Sequence record: LC667451.1
Length of the DNA: 64,000 nt
Direction: 5' to 3' (one strand)
In this document: piece after piece, positions 28,816 to 38,391 of the stretch
Layout of the letters: the number at the start of each line of letters is the position of its first letter
Numbering within the stretch: the first letter of the stretch is position 1
Translations under genes and position numbers: made by a program
The notes under the pieces: generated by a model
The model's database searches: none
What the model saw: only the letters and a program-made list of their open reading frames with translations
What the model was told of the DNA's origin: nothing

Positions 28816-30153
28816 TTACTGCTTGCTGGCGAAGTGATCGACGATCGCCTTCTGGTGATGCGGTGCCAGACGTTCGATGAACGCGATCACGCTATGCACT
28901 GCGTGACGTTCGAATTCACCGATGTCAGCGATGATGCTTTGCACCAGGCCCAGTGCTTCTTCCGAGACGGGCTCGGGTTCAGCCGGGGTTTCCGGTTCCA
29001 CGTCACCACCCGACGGTTGTGCCGGATCTGCCGGTTGATCACCGCCAGTAGCATCGCCACCAGTCGAGGGATCTGCGACCACCGGCGTCGAAGGGTCCGC
29101 TACCACCGGGGTATCCGGGGTCGCGGTCGAAGCAGCGTCACCGCCGCTTGCTTCGCCGCCAGCTGCATCAGCCGGAGTCCCGGCATCCGGTGCGCTGGGT
29201 GCAACCGGGTCCGTCGGTGCATCGACTTCACCTGCAGCTTGATCAGCCGTGGGGTCGGTCGTTTCACCCGCTGCCGATTCGACGACCGGCTGTGCGTTGT
29301 CGACATTGCTCGAGTCCGTCGGAGTAACCGGGTCAGCCGGAACTTCCGGCGTCACAGCATCCACCGGTGCGTCGGCTGCAGGTTGTCCTGCGTCTGCCAC
29401 TTCAGGAGCCGTATCGACCACCGGATCGGCCGAGGGTACAACCGTACCCGAATCGACAGGAGCGGTGTTGTCCACAGCCGGTGCAGCAGGTTGGTCACCC
29501 GTTTGATCTGCTGCGGGATCTGCCGGAGCCACGACGTCTGCGTCGGTGGGTTGATCGACGACGGGGTCTGCGACGACCGCGGGTGCTTGCGGATCGACAG
29601 TGACGTCACCCGTCGTGCCTTCAGCCGTTGCATCGCCAGCGTCGGTTCCCGAAACGGGTTGCGTTTCTTGTCCAGCATCGACTGCCGTGGTATCCGGCGT
29701 TGCCGATACGTCAGCGACCGGTTGCGTGTCCGTTCCAGCGGCCGCAGGATCTTCTTCCACGACCGGTGCGACAGTGCCGCTATCCGCATCTCCAGTAACT
29801 GCGGGAGCGTCGGCGGGCTGTACTGCGGGTTCTGCATCTTGCGTTGCATCGCCCGTTGCCGGAGCGACGTCCGTCGTGCCATTGGCTTGTGCGTTGATTG
29901 CTGCCGCCGCTGCCGCCGCGCGCGCGGCTGCTTCGACGACGGTAATGCCGCCCGGTTGGATCAGGCCGTGGCTGTCGATGTCCTCGCCTTCTTGCAGCGT
30001 GTACTGCTGCACTGCGCCGGTTGCGTCGAGGTACTGCACGGTGATCGTGGTCGTTGCAGCAGGTTGGCTCGATGCTGCGGAAGCATCGGCCGGAGGGGTG
30101 TCTGCGCCCGCTTCCGCTTGCGGGTCTTGAGGTTGCGCTTGCACGTCCGACAT
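28816..30153 (-). CDS. Acidic low-complexity (D/A/P/T/V-rich) protein
   Basis: 445 aa; AGGAG RBS; long repetitive acidic core with short ordered-looking ends. Confidence 0.7.
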   Translation of the reverse strand: MSDVQAQPQDPQAEAGADTPPADASAASSQPAATTTITVQYLDATGAVQQYTLQEGEDIDSHGLIQPGGITVVEAAARAAAAAAAINAQANGTTDVAPATGDATQDAEPAVQPADAPAVTGDADSGTVAPVVEEDPAAAGTDTQPVADVSATPDTTAVDAGQETQPVSGTDAGDATAEGTTGDVTVDPQAPAVVADPVVDQPTDADVVAPADPAADQTGDQPAAPAVDNTAPVDSGTVVPSADPVVDTAPEVADAGQPAADAPVDAVTPEVPADPVTPTDSSNVDNAQPVVESAAGETTDPTADQAAGEVDAPTDPVAPSAPDAGTPADAAGGEASGGDAASTATPDTPVVADPSTPVVADPSTGGDATGGDQPADPAQPSGGDVEPETPAEPEPVSEEALGLVQSIIADIGEFERHAVHSVIAFIERLAPHHQKAIVDHFASKQ

Positions 30154-30254
30154 GCTAAACTTCTCCTGGTTTCAATAGTTGGAAGCACTCATGTGCTCCA
30201 TAAAATTGGGGGTCCCCAAGTTTATTTTCCCTACTGAAACCAGGGGCCTACAAC

Positions 30255-30920
30255 TTACTTGTTGTAGAAGTTCAGCAGCTTCTGACGACCGGCTTCGGTG
30301 ATACCGAATTCGAGCGTCTTGCCGAACTCGACCTGCTTGATCGCGGCGTTGCGACCCGCCGGATTGGCCGTGATCTTGATCAGATTCAGCAGACGCTGGA
30401 AGCCCTTGATGTCGTCCTTGGGCAGCGTAATGTGCTCCATGCCGCGGAACACCGCCGACTCATGGAACACGCCGTCCTTGTGCTCGTGGAAGGTCGCGAG
30501 GATGGCCTTCCAGACGATGTAGAAGTCGTCGGTCAGCGTGTTGATCGCGCGAGTCAGCGCACGATACAGTTGCACTTGCGCACGGACGATGTCGCGTTGT
30601 TCTTGCAGCTTCTTCGGTGCCATCTGGTCCATGTAGGCGGCGATCTGGTCGATCACCATGGTGCCCGAAGGCGTGGCTTCCAGACGAGCCTTCTGCAGGG
30701 CCGAGGTGAGTTCCGACACGGTCGGGGCGGCGGGCTTGACCGGCGTCGGTTCAGCGACGACCGGTGCTTCGGGCGCAGCAGCAGGCGTGACACCCGTGCT
30801 GGTCAGCGTACCCGAGGCGCCGATGTCGGCGGCACCCGGTGCCGGAGCCGTGGTCTTCACGATGCCGAGGATACCGTTGGCTTGTTGTTCGCTGTTCGGT
30901 TGTTGGTTTTCCGTGGTCAT
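30255..30920 (-). CDS. Conserved chimallivirus protein
   Basis: 221 aa; AGGAG RBS; A/P-rich N-terminus, helical C-terminal domain. Confidence 0.65.
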   Translation of the reverse strand: MTTENQQPNSEQQANGILGIVKTTAPAPGAADIGASGTLTSTGVTPAAAPEAPVVAEPTPVKPAAPTVSELTSALQKARLEATPSGTMVIDQIAAYMDQMAPKKLQEQRDIVRAQVQLYRALTRAINTLTDDFYIVWKAILATFHEHKDGVFHESAVFRGMEHITLPKDDIKGFQRLLNLIKITANPAGRNAAIKQVEFGKTLEFGITEAGRQKLLNFYNK

Positions 30921-31017
30921 TGCTTGTTCTCCTGGGGAGGGGTTTGCTTCGGGACGATCTTCACCGCCACCGGTACTTTGCGGTTGACTACCGCTTGAAA
31001 AGGATTCGAGTTATTCA

Positions 31018-31347
31018 TCAGAGCTCACCAAATTTGGCCATGCCTCCGAAGTGCTCTGAGGCACAGAAGCCACAGACCCGACCCTTACCGCCGATCCAAT
31101 TATCGCAATCAAAGGTAAGGTACCCGCACTGTGCGCAGGCGACACGATCTTCATTCGCTAGTAGATCTTCACTAACGATACCAGCAGCACCCGAGTTCGT
31201 CGTGCCAGCGAGCACAGATGCACTTGCGTTTCCCGCGGGTTCAGCCGCGTTGACAAGTCCTGGTGCAGAATGAACCAACCGGAGATGGGCAGCCTTCGCA
31301 GGTTCCACTTCGGGCAGTTCCAATTGCTCTTGGTTGGTTTCGGACAT
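31018..31347 (-). CDS. Hypothetical protein with C-terminal Zn finger
   Basis: CAQC...C...CGFC. Confidence 0.55.
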   Translation of the reverse strand: MSETNQEQLELPEVEPAKAAHLRLVHSAPGLVNAAEPAGNASASVLAGTTNSGAAGIVSEDLLANEDRVACAQCGYLTFDCDNWIGGKGRVCGFCASEHFGGMAKFGEL

Positions 31348-31350
31348 GGT

Positions 31351-32724
31351 TTACTGAATGGCAGTGCGGTAGTCCATGTGAGCGAGCGCCAGCTGCGTGC
31401 CGTGCATCTTCTTCATGAACAACAGCATGAACTTGGACCCGTACTCCGAGACCGCGGACGAGAGGGCCGTCGGATTGAAGGCCAGACGCGGGCCCACACA
31501 GACAGCGCAATAGTCCGTCTTCTCCAGACGGCAGAACATCGGCGAGCGGATCATGACCTTCTGACCCAGATAGTTACCAAAGGATTCCTCGGTGAGCGTA
31601 TCGTGGCCTTCGCCCGTGACCACGCTAAAGCCCATGTACTTGGACTTCTTGCTGTCATCGAGCACCACCGGTACACCGAGGTTCGTGCCGCAGTCTGCTT
31701 GCGTGACCATCATGTTCGAGGACGCCCGCAGCAACCACTTCACGGCTTCACCGCCGAGCATCGTTTCCGCACCCCGATTGTACGAGCCCGCGCGCAGCGT
31801 GTCGTTCATGATCGGGAACTTCTCGATGTCCCAGCCTTCGGACAGGGAGTTCTGGATCAGGTCCACATCAATGCCATCCCCCAGACCCGCTTCAGCGCCA
31901 GTCATCAGGAAGAGCTTACGACGCACGACCTTACGACCCTTCGCGTCGATGAGGAAGCCTTCGCCTTCATCCCCTTTCAGATACTCAGAATCATACTTGA
32001 TCAGTTCGGCGTCAATTTTAGCAATGACGGCCGGATCATGCAGACGATCCTTGTACTTCTCGAGCAACGCGGCTTTCAATTCCGCGATCCCTGGCGGTGC
32101 CGTCATGACCTTGCGTGTGGCAGCCGGAACCCAGAGTTGCGTGAAGCCTGCCAGGTAGAAAGCCGCATCGGCCATCACCAGGTATTCCTTCACGTAGATC
32201 GGCGCTTCTTCCGGATTGCTGATCTCCGTGACCGGGGCTTGAGCGTGCCAGGTCTGAAGCGGTGCGCCAACGTGATCGCTCGGACTGGGGTCATCCTGCA
32301 AGCGCGGGATGATCATCTTCTCGATGTCGTCCGGCGAGACCCGACCCGACTGATAGCGGATCTTGGCGTCGAACGGATAGGCGAACATCACCCAGTTGAA
32401 GAAGTACTGACCGTAGGACGTGATCAGGTCTTGTTGCTCGTGATCGCCGTAGTTCGGAATGTCGCCCGGATGGAGCAGGAACTTGTCCTTGTGATTAAAC
32501 GGCTCAATACCTGGTTCGCAGTCTTCCAGCAGGATCAACTCACTGGTCTTCTCCGGATTGACGAAAAAGTAACCGCTCGGGGTCTGGACGATCCGATACG
32601 GGTAGGGGTCCTTCTTCCAGTCATCCGGACCTTCATGGATCTTGGAGAATGCTGAGATCACCCAGGCCCGGCGGCGAAACTCATGTGCCTTGCACGCGGC
32701 AAGGAAAAAGTCGTGTTTCTTCAT
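31351..32724 (-). CDS. Virion RNA polymerase beta' C-terminal subunit (gp80-like)
   Basis: DCGT...RSPMFC...YCAVCVG zinc-site pattern of beta'; 457 aa; synteny. Confidence 0.8.
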   Translation of the reverse strand: MKKHDFFLAACKAHEFRRRAWVISAFSKIHEGPDDWKKDPYPYRIVQTPSGYFFVNPEKTSELILLEDCEPGIEPFNHKDKFLLHPGDIPNYGDHEQQDLITSYGQYFFNWVMFAYPFDAKIRYQSGRVSPDDIEKMIIPRLQDDPSPSDHVGAPLQTWHAQAPVTEISNPEEAPIYVKEYLVMADAAFYLAGFTQLWVPAATRKVMTAPPGIAELKAALLEKYKDRLHDPAVIAKIDAELIKYDSEYLKGDEGEGFLIDAKGRKVVRRKLFLMTGAEAGLGDGIDVDLIQNSLSEGWDIEKFPIMNDTLRAGSYNRGAETMLGGEAVKWLLRASSNMMVTQADCGTNLGVPVVLDDSKKSKYMGFSVVTGEGHDTLTEESFGNYLGQKVMIRSPMFCRLEKTDYCAVCVGPRLAFNPTALSSAVSEYGSKFMLLFMKKMHGTQLALAHMDYRTAIQ

Positions 32725-32727
32725 GGC

Positions 32728-33585
32728 TTAACCCAGCGTGGACTCGTAAGCAGCGAACCGCACGAGGTTGTCGTTGAGAGCGATGTCGATCTTGGTGATC
32801 ACATCCACATCGGAGACGAGATCCTCCAGATGCTGCTTGATGATCTGCGTCGGTTGACCAAAGCCGTCGCCCGAATAGAACGCCATGCCCAAGAGGTTCT
32901 GTGCCGCGAGCACTGGGTCCATGCCTTCGAACTCACGACCAATCAGATTGGTGTAGAGCACAAATGGATAGCCTGCGTCAATGCCCTTGTGAACAAGACC
33001 AGCAATAGCCAGTTCGGGATCGAGCAGGAAGTGCATGAAGCGGTTGAACTTGGCGATGCGCTCCTCGCGGAACTCGCGCTCTTGATCGTCTTCTTCCGTG
33101 GTACCGAACTCCATCGATTCCGCGCGCTCTTTGATCTTGTCGATCAGGGCTTGCGAAACATATTCGAGGTCGACCAGGTAGTGTTCGGCTTCGTTAGTGC
33201 CGACCAGTGCTACGAGCTCGCTGAAGAGTTCTTCAGGGCTGTGCTCTTGGCCGACAATCCGCAGAATATCAGGGACGTGATCCGAAGCGTTTTGCAGATC
33301 CACCAACGCATCGATGAATTCTGTGCGTACGGCGATGGAAGCATCTTCCATTACGCGGATTGCGTGCTGCTGCAAGATGTTGTCAGCGAGTGAACGCGTG
33401 AGATCCATGATGCCACCCAACGTGTCCCCTTCATCGGACTCGTCGTTGATCATCAGCAGCTGTTCAAAGCCGGGGGTGTAATCCGGCAACCCGATGCGAT
33501 CGAAAGCGTCGTGCGCCTTCTCGATGAGGTCGACATTCTCCGGTGTCGTCGCCTCCACCAGATAGTCGCGAAGAATATCGAGCAT
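32728..33585 (-). CDS. Conserved protein (gp79-like position)
   Basis: Likely start ATG 33585 (MLDILRDYL); the track start at 33723 adds an atypical AT-rich extension. Confidence 0.6.
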   Translation of the reverse strand: MLDILRDYLVEATTPENVDLIEKAHDAFDRIGLPDYTPGFEQLLMINDESDEGDTLGGIMDLTRSLADNILQQHAIRVMEDASIAVRTEFIDALVDLQNASDHVPDILRIVGQEHSPEELFSELVALVGTNEAEHYLVDLEYVSQALIDKIKERAESMEFGTTEEDDQEREFREERIAKFNRFMHFLLDPELAIAGLVHKGIDAGYPFVLYTNLIGREFEGMDPVLAAQNLLGMAFYSGDGFGQPTQIIKQHLEDLVSDVDVITKIDIALNDNLVRFAAYESTLG

Positions 33586-33790
33586 GAATGAGTCCCAGTA
33601 TAAAACACGTAAGAAATTACTTGCGGAAGCAATGCTGTAGCCAACATGCACGCATTTTTTACGTGCTCGTGCATCGGAAGCTACAGTCCTCAATGGGTTT
33701 CGAGCCACGTTGGGATCGTTCAATTGAGGATAGTCAGATGATTGAGCTATCCGATAGCACCTTTCTAATTAGAGTAATTTGGGGTTAAGC

Positions 33791-34363
33791 ATGACTCAGA
33801 AAAGCGCCGGGCGCCAGATGCGCGACAAGATCAAGAACGACTTCAAGGACGAATTCGCCAAGAATACGAACTGGAGCGACCTGCAAGCCCGCCATCAAGA
33901 ATGCGCCGGACTCATTGCGATGCACCTGGGTGTGGCCCGTGTGCTCGAGCAGCCCGAGATCCTCGCCGAGATCCAACCGGCTGAGCAGACACTGCTGGTG
34001 CAGAACATCAATCTGCTCACCAAGGACTTGAAAGAGCGCATCGAGGAGCTCAACAAGATCTATTCGACGCACAGCGACAAGACCGGCGCGGCGACCGAAG
34101 AAAACATCATGCTCTCGTTCGAGATCATGGAAAAGTACACGATGTGGCTCACCCTCGTGCAGTCCAACGTGCAACCGACGGTCGCGCACATTCTCGAAAT
34201 CACCAGCGTGATCGAGAAGCGCGTGCTGCTCAAGCAAGCCGAGCAAGACCCGGCTGCCACGACCGATGTCGAGTTCAAGGAACAGACGCGTTCGCAGGCT
34301 ACGGGCGTCGCCATCGATTCGGTCATCGCTACGGCAGACCACACGAATCCGCAACCGGAGTAA
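33791..34363 (+). CDS. Conserved helical protein (gp78-like position)
   Basis: ATG 33791 (MTQKSAGRQ); strong codon bias. Confidence 0.6.
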   Translation: MTQKSAGRQMRDKIKNDFKDEFAKNTNWSDLQARHQECAGLIAMHLGVARVLEQPEILAEIQPAEQTLLVQNINLLTKDLKERIEELNKIYSTHSDKTGAATEENIMLSFEIMEKYTMWLTLVQSNVQPTVAHILEITSVIEKRVLLKQAEQDPAATTDVEFKEQTRSQATGVAIDSVIATADHTNPQPE

Positions 34364-34369
34364 GGGAAG

Positions 34370-36031
34370 ATGGAAGGTCAAGAGAACAACAACGTACATA
34401 ACCCGGCAGCCACCACGGCCGCCAGTGTGCCGCCGGAACTGCGCGCGCCGTCGACGGCAGTCGAGCCTGCTGTGGAGCCGAGTTCGAATCTGCAACCGGC
34501 ACCTCCTGCGCCGGAGGCAGGACTGACGCACACGCTGCCGAGCTCGGACCTGCTGGAAGATCCGGTGCACGAGGACGGTTATCCGACCCATGAGTCGGAA
34601 ATCCAACCTGCGCAGGAACTGCCCGAAGACGAACTGGTGCGTCGTAAACCGCTGCCGGATTCGACCACGGTGTTCCAGGAATCGCCGGTGTTCATTCCGC
34701 TCACGGGGGAATGGAATCCGGACGGCATCACGCTGGCGGTACCGGGTGCCTCGGAACAGGAAATGACGGCTGCCATCGCTGCCATGCCCAATACCGACAT
34801 CGGTGCGACCAAGCAAGGACGTGAATGGATCACGGTCGCGCAAGAAGGCTACCGCATGGCCACGCCTCGCCAGATGCTCTCGGAAACGGGCGATCGGGAA
34901 GGCTCGAAGTGGGAGCAGACGGTCAAGTCCGAACGGGGTCCGCTGGGTGCGTCGCGCCCGCCGCGCAATCAAGACCCGAGCGTCAAGCTGCGCGGTGAAG
35001 ATGCCGTGTTGGCGGTGCGTCAGGCGATTGGTCTCGGCGGTGTGATCCGGATTCCCCTGTGGCATTCGGGCTTTCACATCACGCTGAAGACGCCGAGCGA
35101 TTCGGCTATCCTCGAACTGGAACGGCGTCTGACGGAAGAGAAGGTGCTGCTCGGCCGTATGACCAACGGCATGCTGTTCTCGAATACGTCGGTGTTCATT
35201 GCGAACTACCTGGTGGAGTTTGCGCTTCAGCACATGTTCGCCACCACGCTCAAGGACAAGACCGACATCGCGTCCAAGATCGTCTCGCACGACATCCAGC
35301 ATCTGGCTTGGGGTCTGGCTGTTGCGATCTGGCCGACGGGCTTCCAGTACGTGCGCTCGGTGCTGGGTGAAACGGACGCCCAGAACAAGGTGCTGCGCGA
35401 CAAGATCGCCATCGCCAAGCTGCAGTGGACCGACACCACGCAACTGTCCAAGTGGCAGATCAACCACATGGCCAGCGTGATGCCCAACACGATGACGGAC
35501 GACTCGATCAAGAAGTACCGCGAGGAGTTCCTGAATCAGACGCCGCGTACGGTGCAACTGAGCGATAGCCTGTCGGTGACGCTGAAGGTGCCGACGCTGG
35601 CCGAGCACATCACCAACGGCCAGAAGTGGGTGAACGGCATCGTCGTCATGACCGATCGCGTGTTCGGCATGGAACAGGATCTGGACGATCGCAACAAGTA
35701 CATCTTCGAGCAGGGGATGGCGACTTACATGCGTCAGTACGGCCACTGGATCGAATCGATTCAGGTGAACGGGCTGGAGATCGACGATCCGGAAACGATC
35801 GACGACACCATCTCGATGCTTTCGGCTGACGATGCGATTCGCGAGAAGTTCATCGACTTCACGGTCAAGTACATCGAAGACACCACGGTCTCCATGATCG
35901 CTGTGCCGACGGTGGCCGCGAGCGAAGAACAGAAGTATCCGCGTTGGCCGCACCTCTTGCCGATCGACGCGATGGCGACGTTTTTTACCCTGCTCGGCCA
36001 GAAAGTCTCGCAGATTCGGGACCGCACGTAG
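34370..36031 (+). CDS. Conserved protein (gp77-like); possible baseplate-hub/tail assembly chaperone
   Basis: 553 aa; LKVPTL...and terminal LLPIDAMATFF motifs reminiscent of T4 gp26-type chaperones. Confidence 0.55.
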   Translation: MEGQENNNVHNPAATTAASVPPELRAPSTAVEPAVEPSSNLQPAPPAPEAGLTHTLPSSDLLEDPVHEDGYPTHESEIQPAQELPEDELVRRKPLPDSTTVFQESPVFIPLTGEWNPDGITLAVPGASEQEMTAAIAAMPNTDIGATKQGREWITVAQEGYRMATPRQMLSETGDREGSKWEQTVKSERGPLGASRPPRNQDPSVKLRGEDAVLAVRQAIGLGGVIRIPLWHSGFHITLKTPSDSAILELERRLTEEKVLLGRMTNGMLFSNTSVFIANYLVEFALQHMFATTLKDKTDIASKIVSHDIQHLAWGLAVAIWPTGFQYVRSVLGETDAQNKVLRDKIAIAKLQWTDTTQLSKWQINHMASVMPNTMTDDSIKKYREEFLNQTPRTVQLSDSLSVTLKVPTLAEHITNGQKWVNGIVVMTDRVFGMEQDLDDRNKYIFEQGMATYMRQYGHWIESIQVNGLEIDDPETIDDTISMLSADDAIREKFIDFTVKYIEDTTVSMIAVPTVAASEEQKYPRWPHLLPIDAMATFFTLLGQKVSQIRDRT

Positions 36032-36513
36032 CCCAGCCGCGCCACCTCGGTCACCCCTTCTTTGGCAAGAACGACAAAGGCGAAGACCTCGTCGATGTCG
36101 TAGCCGTGCTTTCGAAACTCATCGAGAGCACGCCCAAGATTGTGGCGACCGATGTGCGGCTGTTGTTACTGCATCGATACGAGACAGACTTTGGGATCTT
36201 CAATCATGATCTCGCCGATGATGAACTTGATCCCTTAGCCCTTATCCGCATGCATCCCAGGGAGGATGCCTATACGGGTAGTTTTCTGGCTGAGCGGCTT
36301 CGTCAATACAACACACGCCATGTGTACGAAGTCACGAAGATGCCGTTCGATAGGTTTTTAGAACTGCCTCGCCACATGGTGATGGACATCCTCGAGTATG
36401 CGGACCAGGAATTGCGCACGCGTACGAAGATCATGCAGGATGAAGCGAATGACGCGGACGCACGGGTGCGGGCCATGAATCAGCAAAACCACCCCATGCG
36501 ACCGCCTGTGTAA
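35944..36513 (+). CDS. Conserved small protein (gp76-like); start uncertain (TTG 35944, GTG 36106, or -1 frameshift fusion)
   Basis: C-terminal FDRFLELPRHMVMDIL resembles T4 gp51/GT-type chaperone ends; overlaps the upstream ORF in the -1 frame. Confidence 0.55.
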   Translation: MAAPLADRRDGDVFYPARPESLADSGPHVAQPRHLGHPFFGKNDKGEDLVDVVAVLSKLIESTPKIVATDVRLLLLHRYETDFGIFNHDLADDELDPLALIRMHPREDAYTGSFLAERLRQYNTRHVYEVTKMPFDRFLELPRHMVMDILEYADQELRTRTKIMQDEANDADARVRAMNQQNHPMRPPV

Positions 36514-36526
36514 TAGGGAGTCGTCA

Positions 36527-36979
36527 ATGATCATTTTCGATGAGCCCCGTAACTTGCTGGTGCAGGAAGCGCAAACCTTGGTGAATCCGGTCAATACCGA
36601 AGGCGTCATGGGTGCAGGCCTGGCTCTAGCATTTCGGGATTCGTACAAGGGTTTGTTTGAGGAATATCGCGAAGCATGTCTGACCGACGTGTTCAGCAAG
36701 CGTGGCTTCTTCGTCTTTGACGTTGACGACACCCGTAAGATCCTTTGTCTGCCGACAAAACGTAGCTGGCGTCATCCCTCTCGGCTGGAGTGGATTGAGG
36801 AAGGCCTCTGGTATCTGGCAAACGAATACGAGTCTTATGGAATCACGTCGTTAGCGATTCCAGAGATAGGGTGTGGACGCGGTCAGCTTTCTTGGGCTGA
36901 AGTGCGACCGCTCGTCTATCAGTATCTGGACCCGATCGTGTTGCCTGTGGGGATCTGCCTGAATCCTTTCGGACACTAA
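36527..36979 (+). CDS. Macrodomain ADP-ribosylhydrolase (DarG/Poa1p-like)
   Basis: TLVNPVNTEGVMGAGLA, LPTKRSWRHPSRLEWIEEGL, IPEIGCGRGQLSW. Confidence 0.85.
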   Translation: MIIFDEPRNLLVQEAQTLVNPVNTEGVMGAGLALAFRDSYKGLFEEYREACLTDVFSKRGFFVFDVDDTRKILCLPTKRSWRHPSRLEWIEEGLWYLANEYESYGITSLAIPEIGCGRGQLSWAEVRPLVYQYLDPIVLPVGICLNPFGH

Positions 36980-36995
36980 CCGCACGAGACCAACG

Positions 36996-37448
36996 ATGAT
37001 CGTCTACGAAGAACCATGCGCCATACTGCGTGCAGGAGAACAGACGCTTCTCACGCCCATCAACATTGACGCTGCAGGCGGCGGGGGCTTGCCCACAGCG
37101 TTTCGATATGCGTACCCTGACCTGTTTCCGGCGTATAGTCGGGCAGTACAGAAGCACGTGTTCGAGAATGATGGTCTCTTTGTTTTTGATGCTACGCTTG
37201 AGCGAAAGATCTTGTGTGTGCCCACACGGCAGCACCGGAGCATTCCGATTCAGGAGCGGCTTGATTACCTGGAGGAAAGTCTGATGGTGGTGGCAACCAC
37301 GTACCAGAAGTACGGTATCACTTCGTTGGCGATCGATGAATTCGGCAGCTCAGAGCTCGCCTGGGAAGATGTGGAGCCACTCATTTACCGCTGCCTGGGA
37401 CCCATCGACCTGAAGGTCGGTATCTACAGACAACCGGTTCACGCTTAA
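36996..37448 (+). CDS. Degenerate macrodomain paralog
   Basis: Colinear with the previous gene but with NPVN>TPIN, PTK>PTR and loss of the GCGxG loop. Confidence 0.75.
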   Translation: MIVYEEPCAILRAGEQTLLTPINIDAAGGGGLPTAFRYAYPDLFPAYSRAVQKHVFENDGLFVFDATLERKILCVPTRQHRSIPIQERLDYLEESLMVVATTYQKYGITSLAIDEFGSSELAWEDVEPLIYRCLGPIDLKVGIYRQPVHA

Positions 37449-37471
37449 CCGTTCGCGCCGGGAGACCAACC

Positions 37472-37675
37472 ATGCGACGTTTGATTCAGCGGTACCGTAA
37501 GTGGCGAGAAGCTGCTTACGAGCGCGCCCGAATGGCTCGGGTGGAAGAAGAGTTGCGCATTCAGCGGGAGTTGGAGTATCTGAATACGCGACAGGCATCG
37601 GCGGGGAAAACCCTCACGGTTAGCACCCCGGAACTGATGGGACAAAGCATCAACAGTCTCAACCAGCGGCTCTAA
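37472..37675 (+). CDS. Small hypothetical protein
   Basis: 67 aa; GGAG RBS; followed by a terminator. Confidence 0.55.
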   Translation: MRRLIQRYRKWREAAYERARMARVEEELRIQRELEYLNTRQASAGKTLTVSTPELMGQSINSLNQRL

Positions 37676-37679
37676 TGCC

Positions 37680-37730
37680 AAAAAAAAAAAGACGGTCATA
37701 AGGCGAGGACCCGAAGGTCCTCGCTCTATG
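37680..37730. terminator. Bidirectional terminator between convergent genes
   Basis: A-tract, CATA, GCGAGGACC-CGAA-GGTCCTCGC, TATG. Confidence 0.8.
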
Positions 37731-37764
37731 CCGTCAAAGGGGTAAAGCGCGAAACTGCTTTCAA

Positions 37765-38391
37765 TCAGCGACCGATACGAGCCAGCACTTGCTTGGCCAG
37801 ATCTGCCACGATCGAATCCGGGGGAATCACTTCACCGAGCGCGAAGCCCTTATTGGCCAGCGTGGTGAAGACTACCTCGCTAAACGGTTGGGTCGGATCA
37901 ATGCGGTTCGTCTCCGGATCGATACGACGCTTGTACTCCTCCAGCACCTCGAACACCAACAACTCCGTCTGGTTGCTTCGCGTACCAGCGTAGCGACCCA
38001 GGAAGGCCATCCAGTAAGCTTCGTGAAACGAGAAGGGGGTACGACGGCTCGGGGACCAGCGCATCATGACATCGCCTTCGATTCGCCAGAACGGTCGGTG
38101 TTTATGGCGACCATTGCCGGTGACCGTCATCTGGCCGTAGTGTATCGCTTCGATGCGATACGATTCCATGGCCGACAAACCACGCTGACCCAGAAGCGTA
38201 TCGAACATGCGCGGCGTAGCTAACGCTTCGTTACGCAAGATCAACTCGATACCCAGCAGAACCGAGTACGGATGTTTGACGCTCAGGTAGATCTCCTCGA
38301 AATACTTGTTAAGGTGTTCCGAGACGAACTCATAACCGGCTTCCGCGTCCTTATGGGTCTGGTTCTGATCCAGTCGAATGAACAGGTCCAT
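37765..38391 (-). CDS. Hypothetical protein
   Basis: 208-aa ORF coupled to the upstream stop. Confidence 0.6.
   Translation of the reverse strand: MDLFIRLDQNQTHKDAEAGYEFVSEHLNKYFEEIYLSVKHPYSVLLGIELILRNEALATPRMFDTLLGQRGLSAMESYRIEAIHYGQMTVTGNGRHKHRPFWRIEGDVMMRWSPSRRTPFSFHEAYWMAFLGRYAGTRSNQTELLVFEVLEEYKRRIDPETNRIDPTQPFSEVVFTTLANKGFALGEVIPPDSIVADLAKQVLARIGR

Noticed and set aside
27857-30153. Holin-endolysin-spanin cassette
   Set aside because: No membrane-protein or lipoprotein ORF adjoins the endolysin.
33785-35953. 722-aa minus-strand ORF, and similar long shadows (4188-5567, 28834-30237, 43835-45298)
   Set aside because: They mirror well-supported genes on the opposite strand; expected in GC-rich, codon-biased DNA.
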